In this document: positions 17,003 to 17,516 of the stretch, piece after piece
How the letters are laid out: each line of letters starts with the position of its first letter
How positions within the stretch are numbered: the stretch's first letter is position 1
Assembly (NCBI GenBank): GCA_050246815.1
Contig: JBFWVI010000054.1
Location: 1 to 17,516, forward strand
Length of the DNA stretch: 17,516 nt
Direction: 5' to 3'
Source: Bdellovibrionales bacterium
GTDB lineage: Bacteria; Bdellovibrionota; Bdellovibrionia; Bdellovibrionales; UBA1609
Position numbers and translations under genes: made by a program
The notes under the pieces: generated by a model
Databases searched by the model: none
Seen by the model: only the letters and a program-made list of their open reading frames with translations
Told to the model about the DNA's origin: nothing

Positions 17003-17516
17003 ATGCAAAAAAAAGCACCGCAAAAACGAAAAGGCCAACTGCCCTTACTCCAACAAAAATACCCACTTCAATACGGCGGAGTGCTTCGAACAAAGGCCAA
17101 AAACCGAGGGTTTAGACCGCTTTCTTCAAAAGAATCCATGCACGTGGTTTTACGCTCCTCCCTGGCCAAAAAAGAATGGTCCTTTCAGCACAAAAGAAAC
17201 CGCAAACGATTGGCTGAATTTATCAATCGGTTTTCAGCCAAGAAGGGCATCGAACTGATCAAGGTGGCCAATGTGGGTAACCACTTTCATTTTCATGTCA
17301 GGATCCCGAATCGCACCCTTTATAAGGCCTGGATTCGGGGTTTAAGCTCGGCCATTGCGGTGATGGTGGCGGGTCATGAGGGTTTAAGGCGAATCAAGGC
17401 CCAAGCCAAAGCCAAGCTCACCTCGCCAAAGACTAAAGTGAGTCGTTTTTGGGATTATCGCCCTTTCAGCCGAGTGGTGCGTGGACTGCGGGCTTACCTC
17501 AGCCTTAAAGACTACG
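17003..17516 (+). CDS. HUH-superfamily Y1 transposase-like protein (IS200 TnpA / RAYT-like), truncated by the window end
   Basis: Not in the ORF track. Open frame from ATG 17003: MQKKAPQKRKGQLPLL...YGG...RGFRPLSSKESMHVVLRSS...GIELIKVANVGNHFHFHVRIP...RFWDYRPFSRVVRGLRAYLSLKDY. It shows the N-terminal HVV.R strand, HUH motif NHFHF, FW..RPFSR segment and a Tyr at the expected helix position. Confidence 0.8.
   Translation, partial: MQKKAPQKRKGQLPLLQQKYPLQYGGVLRTKAKNRGFRPLSSKESMHVVLRSSLAKKEWSFQHKRNRKRLAEFINRFSAKKGIELIKVANVGNHFHFHVRIPNRTLYKAWIRGLSSAIAVMVAGHEGLRRIKAQAKAKLTSPKTKVSRFWDYRPFSRVVRGLRAYLSLKDY

Noticed and set aside
16733..17258. Track ORFs 16733-17038 (-) and 16896-17258 (+)
   Set aside because: No motifs. 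Both overlap the HUH transposase frame starting at 17003, which has clear family motifs.
16845..17282. 12-mer ATGTGGGTAACC present at 16845-16856 and at 17271-17282 (just before the HUH codons)
   Set aside because: Several exact 12-mer pairs are expected by chance in a 17.5 kb window, and the flanks show no further similarity.

Overview
A ~50% GC bacterial window. Gene content and protein style suggest a Bdellovibrionota/deltaproteobacterial-like genome (inference only). The left half, on the - strand, holds an alternative complex III respiratory operon (actA-B-C-D-E plus the 5' end of actF), preceded by a System II cytochrome c maturation pair (resB/ccsB-like and ccsA) and an N-formylglutamate amidohydrolase-family gene. 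The middle holds a PduO-type cobalamin adenosyltransferase, an unknown GNAT-like gene and a short degenerate FabD-like gene with a sigma54-type promoter and a structured leader. On the right, type II secretion gspC-gspD end in a terminator. After that come a ~235-260 bp multi-branched palindromic element (16471-16704) and an HUH/Y1 (IS200/RAYT-like) transposase ORF starting at 17003, which the ORF track missed because it runs off the window. The palindrome plus HUH enzyme pair is the best candidate for an undescribed system.
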